Source: Geminicoccaceae bacterium
Lineage (GTDB): Bacteria; Pseudomonadota; Alphaproteobacteria; Geminicoccales; Geminicoccaceae
DNA length: 64,000 nt
NCBI GenBank assembly: GCA_036796215.1
Contig: DAIRDJ010000004.1
Coordinates: forward strand, 2,077-66,076
Reading direction: 5' to 3'
Below, one piece after another: positions 63,384 through 64,000 of the stretch. Positions within the stretch are counted from its first letter, which is position 1, and each line of letters begins with the position of its first letter. Under the pieces are notes generated by a model that made no database searches, had not been told where the DNA came from, and saw only the letters and a program-made list of their open reading frames with translations. Made by a program: the position numbers and the translations under genes.

Positions 63384-64000
63384 ATGGCAGCGATGCCGGG
63401 CGATCGCCTGGCACCGAGGTTCGTGCTGCTTCGTCAGCTGGCACTGCAGCAGCCGTCGCTTGCCGTCATCAACGCGTCGGTCGCCGTGGTCTTCGCCGCT
63501 GTCGCCCTGCACTATGCGCCGATCGGTCTGGTCGCGGCTTGGCTCGGCTACTCCCTGCTGGCCCAGGCGCTCCGCCTCGGCCTCGGCTGGCAGGTCGCCC
63601 GAGGCGAGGCCGAGAACGGGGCCCAAAGTTCGCCCGAAAGGGCGGCAGAGCGCGACAGCGAGGTAGCCGGGCTCGCCTTTCGGCTGACCCTGAGCTCGCT
63701 GCTCGCCGGGCTCGGCTGGGGCGCCATGGGCTGGCTCTTCAGCGGCGCTGAGCCGCTTTTCTTCAGTCTCTGCGTCGCCTTCGTCATCGCCGGCATGGCG
63801 GCGGGCTCGACCGCCGCGCTGCCGGCCCATCCGCCGGCCTTTGTCGCTTTTCTCGTGCCGACCCTCCTGCCGCTCGCCCTGGCCCTGCTGCTCGATCCCC
63901 GGCCGCAGAGCGGGGCCCTGGCGCTGCTCACCCTCGGCTATGCCGTGGGCATTCTCTATCTCGGCCGGCACAGCTACCGGACACAGCTCGCCACTGCCGG
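63384..64000 (+). CDS. Polytopic membrane N-terminal region of a probable signalling protein (partial, continues beyond window)
   Basis: Absent from the track because it is open at the window end. My translation from ATG 63384 reads MAAMPGDRLAPRFVLLRQLALQQPSLAVINASVAVVFAAVALHYAPIGLVAAWLGYSLLAQ...FFSLCVAFVIAGMAAGSTAAL..., with several TM helices as in sensor kinase or GGDEF N-termini. Confidence 0.5.
   Translation, partial: MAAMPGDRLAPRFVLLRQLALQQPSLAVINASVAVVFAAVALHYAPIGLVAAWLGYSLLAQALRLGLGWQVARGEAENGAQSSPERAAERDSEVAGLAFRLTLSSLLAGLGWGAMGWLFSGAEPLFFSLCVAFVIAGMAAGSTAALPAHPPAFVAFLVPTLLPLALALLLDPRPQSGALALLTLGYAVGILYLGRHSYRTQLATA

Noticed and set aside
1-64000. Many long ORFs in the supplied track, including 49..1077 +, 2131..2874 -, 9757..10896 -, 9792..11054 +, 11666..12904 -, 12920..14032 -, 16011..17051 -, 19631..20830 -, 21658..22680 -, 22046..23452 -, 24193..25377 -, 27006..28298 -, 30289..31320 -, 38596..40230 -, 40480..41625 -, 47520..48779 -, 51368..53146 -, 55525..56925 + (the upstream part only), 56758..57966 -, 59709..60998 -, 61730..63751 +
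   Set aside because: They lie antisense or out of frame to ORFs with clear family signatures. They are extremely Arg/Pro/Gly/Ala-rich with no recognisable motifs, and they are what a high-GC genome is expected to produce where stop codons are rare in non-coding frames.
1-64000. CRISPR arrays, insertion sequences, integrases, prophage genes, defence-system hallmarks (nucleases, helicases, TIR/STAND, reverse transcriptase)
   Set aside because: I found no regularly spaced direct repeats, no transposase, integrase or recombinase-like translations, and no ORFs with such motifs in any frame I read. The accessory character of the window comes from the glycan operon, not from mobile or defence genes.

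Overview
High-GC bacterial chromosomal segment. The gene content and synteny (thrC followed by an M16 peptidase, DUF1194, DUF1499, gshB, PepT-type and NitT/TauT-type ABC systems) suggest an alphaproteobacterium, but that is inference only. I call about 55 intact protein genes, one tRNA-Val(UAC) and four or five decayed genes. I see no rRNA, CRISPR array, transposase, integrase or phage genes. Layout: (1) 1-4.1 kb is an amino-sugar/MurNAc recycling module (sugar SBP, murQ, divergent GlcNAc-kinase-like and SIS genes) with an unusual operator-like repeat array. (2) 4.2-7.1 kb holds the tRNA, small secreted or unknown proteins and a CapA-like gene broken by one in-frame TAG. (3) 7.1-10.7 kb is a PepT-type ABC importer (two ATPases, two permeases) with no binding-protein gene, followed by a 0.9-kb ORF-less gap. 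(4) 11.5-28.1 kb is the most interesting part: a 15-gene, translationally coupled glycan-assembly operon. It combines Wzy-type polymerisation logic with lipid-II-like enzymes (MurG-fold Alg14/Alg13 fusion, one FemAB-type and one BioF2/CelD-type transferase, a MurJ-type flippase). It also has a 3-amino-sugar module, tandem paralogous methyltransferases, a secreted beta-helix protein, a short PCP and a 1051-aa Sel1-repeat lipoprotein, but no recognisable outer-membrane exporter. (5) 28.2-33.8 kb is an IclR-controlled cupin/ABC/DHDPS-like catabolic module. (6) 33.9-36.6 kb holds a membrane-fused spermidine-synthase-like gene and a deletion scar that joins a truncated binding-protein gene to a truncated GntR/FCD regulator. 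(7) 36.6-47.4 kb is central metabolism (FAH, class V aminotransferase, YdiJ-like FAD/Fe-S oxidase, AKR, 5'-nucleotidase, 2-hydroxyacid dehydrogenase, HIT, gshB). (8) 47.4-51.9 kb is a TPR-FecR-CHASE2 nucleotidyl cyclase operon with non-canonical substrate-specifying residues. (9) 52-64 kb holds MBL hydrolase, DUF1194, thrC, M16 peptidase, an enolase-superfamily enzyme, an Lrp/AsnC remnant, usp plus an alanine/glycine:cation symporter, DUF1499, a DMT transporter and a partial membrane sensor. All family assignments come from reading the translations by eye; no database search was run. Many long ORFs in the track are Arg/Pro/Gly-rich antisense shadows of real genes and were not called.
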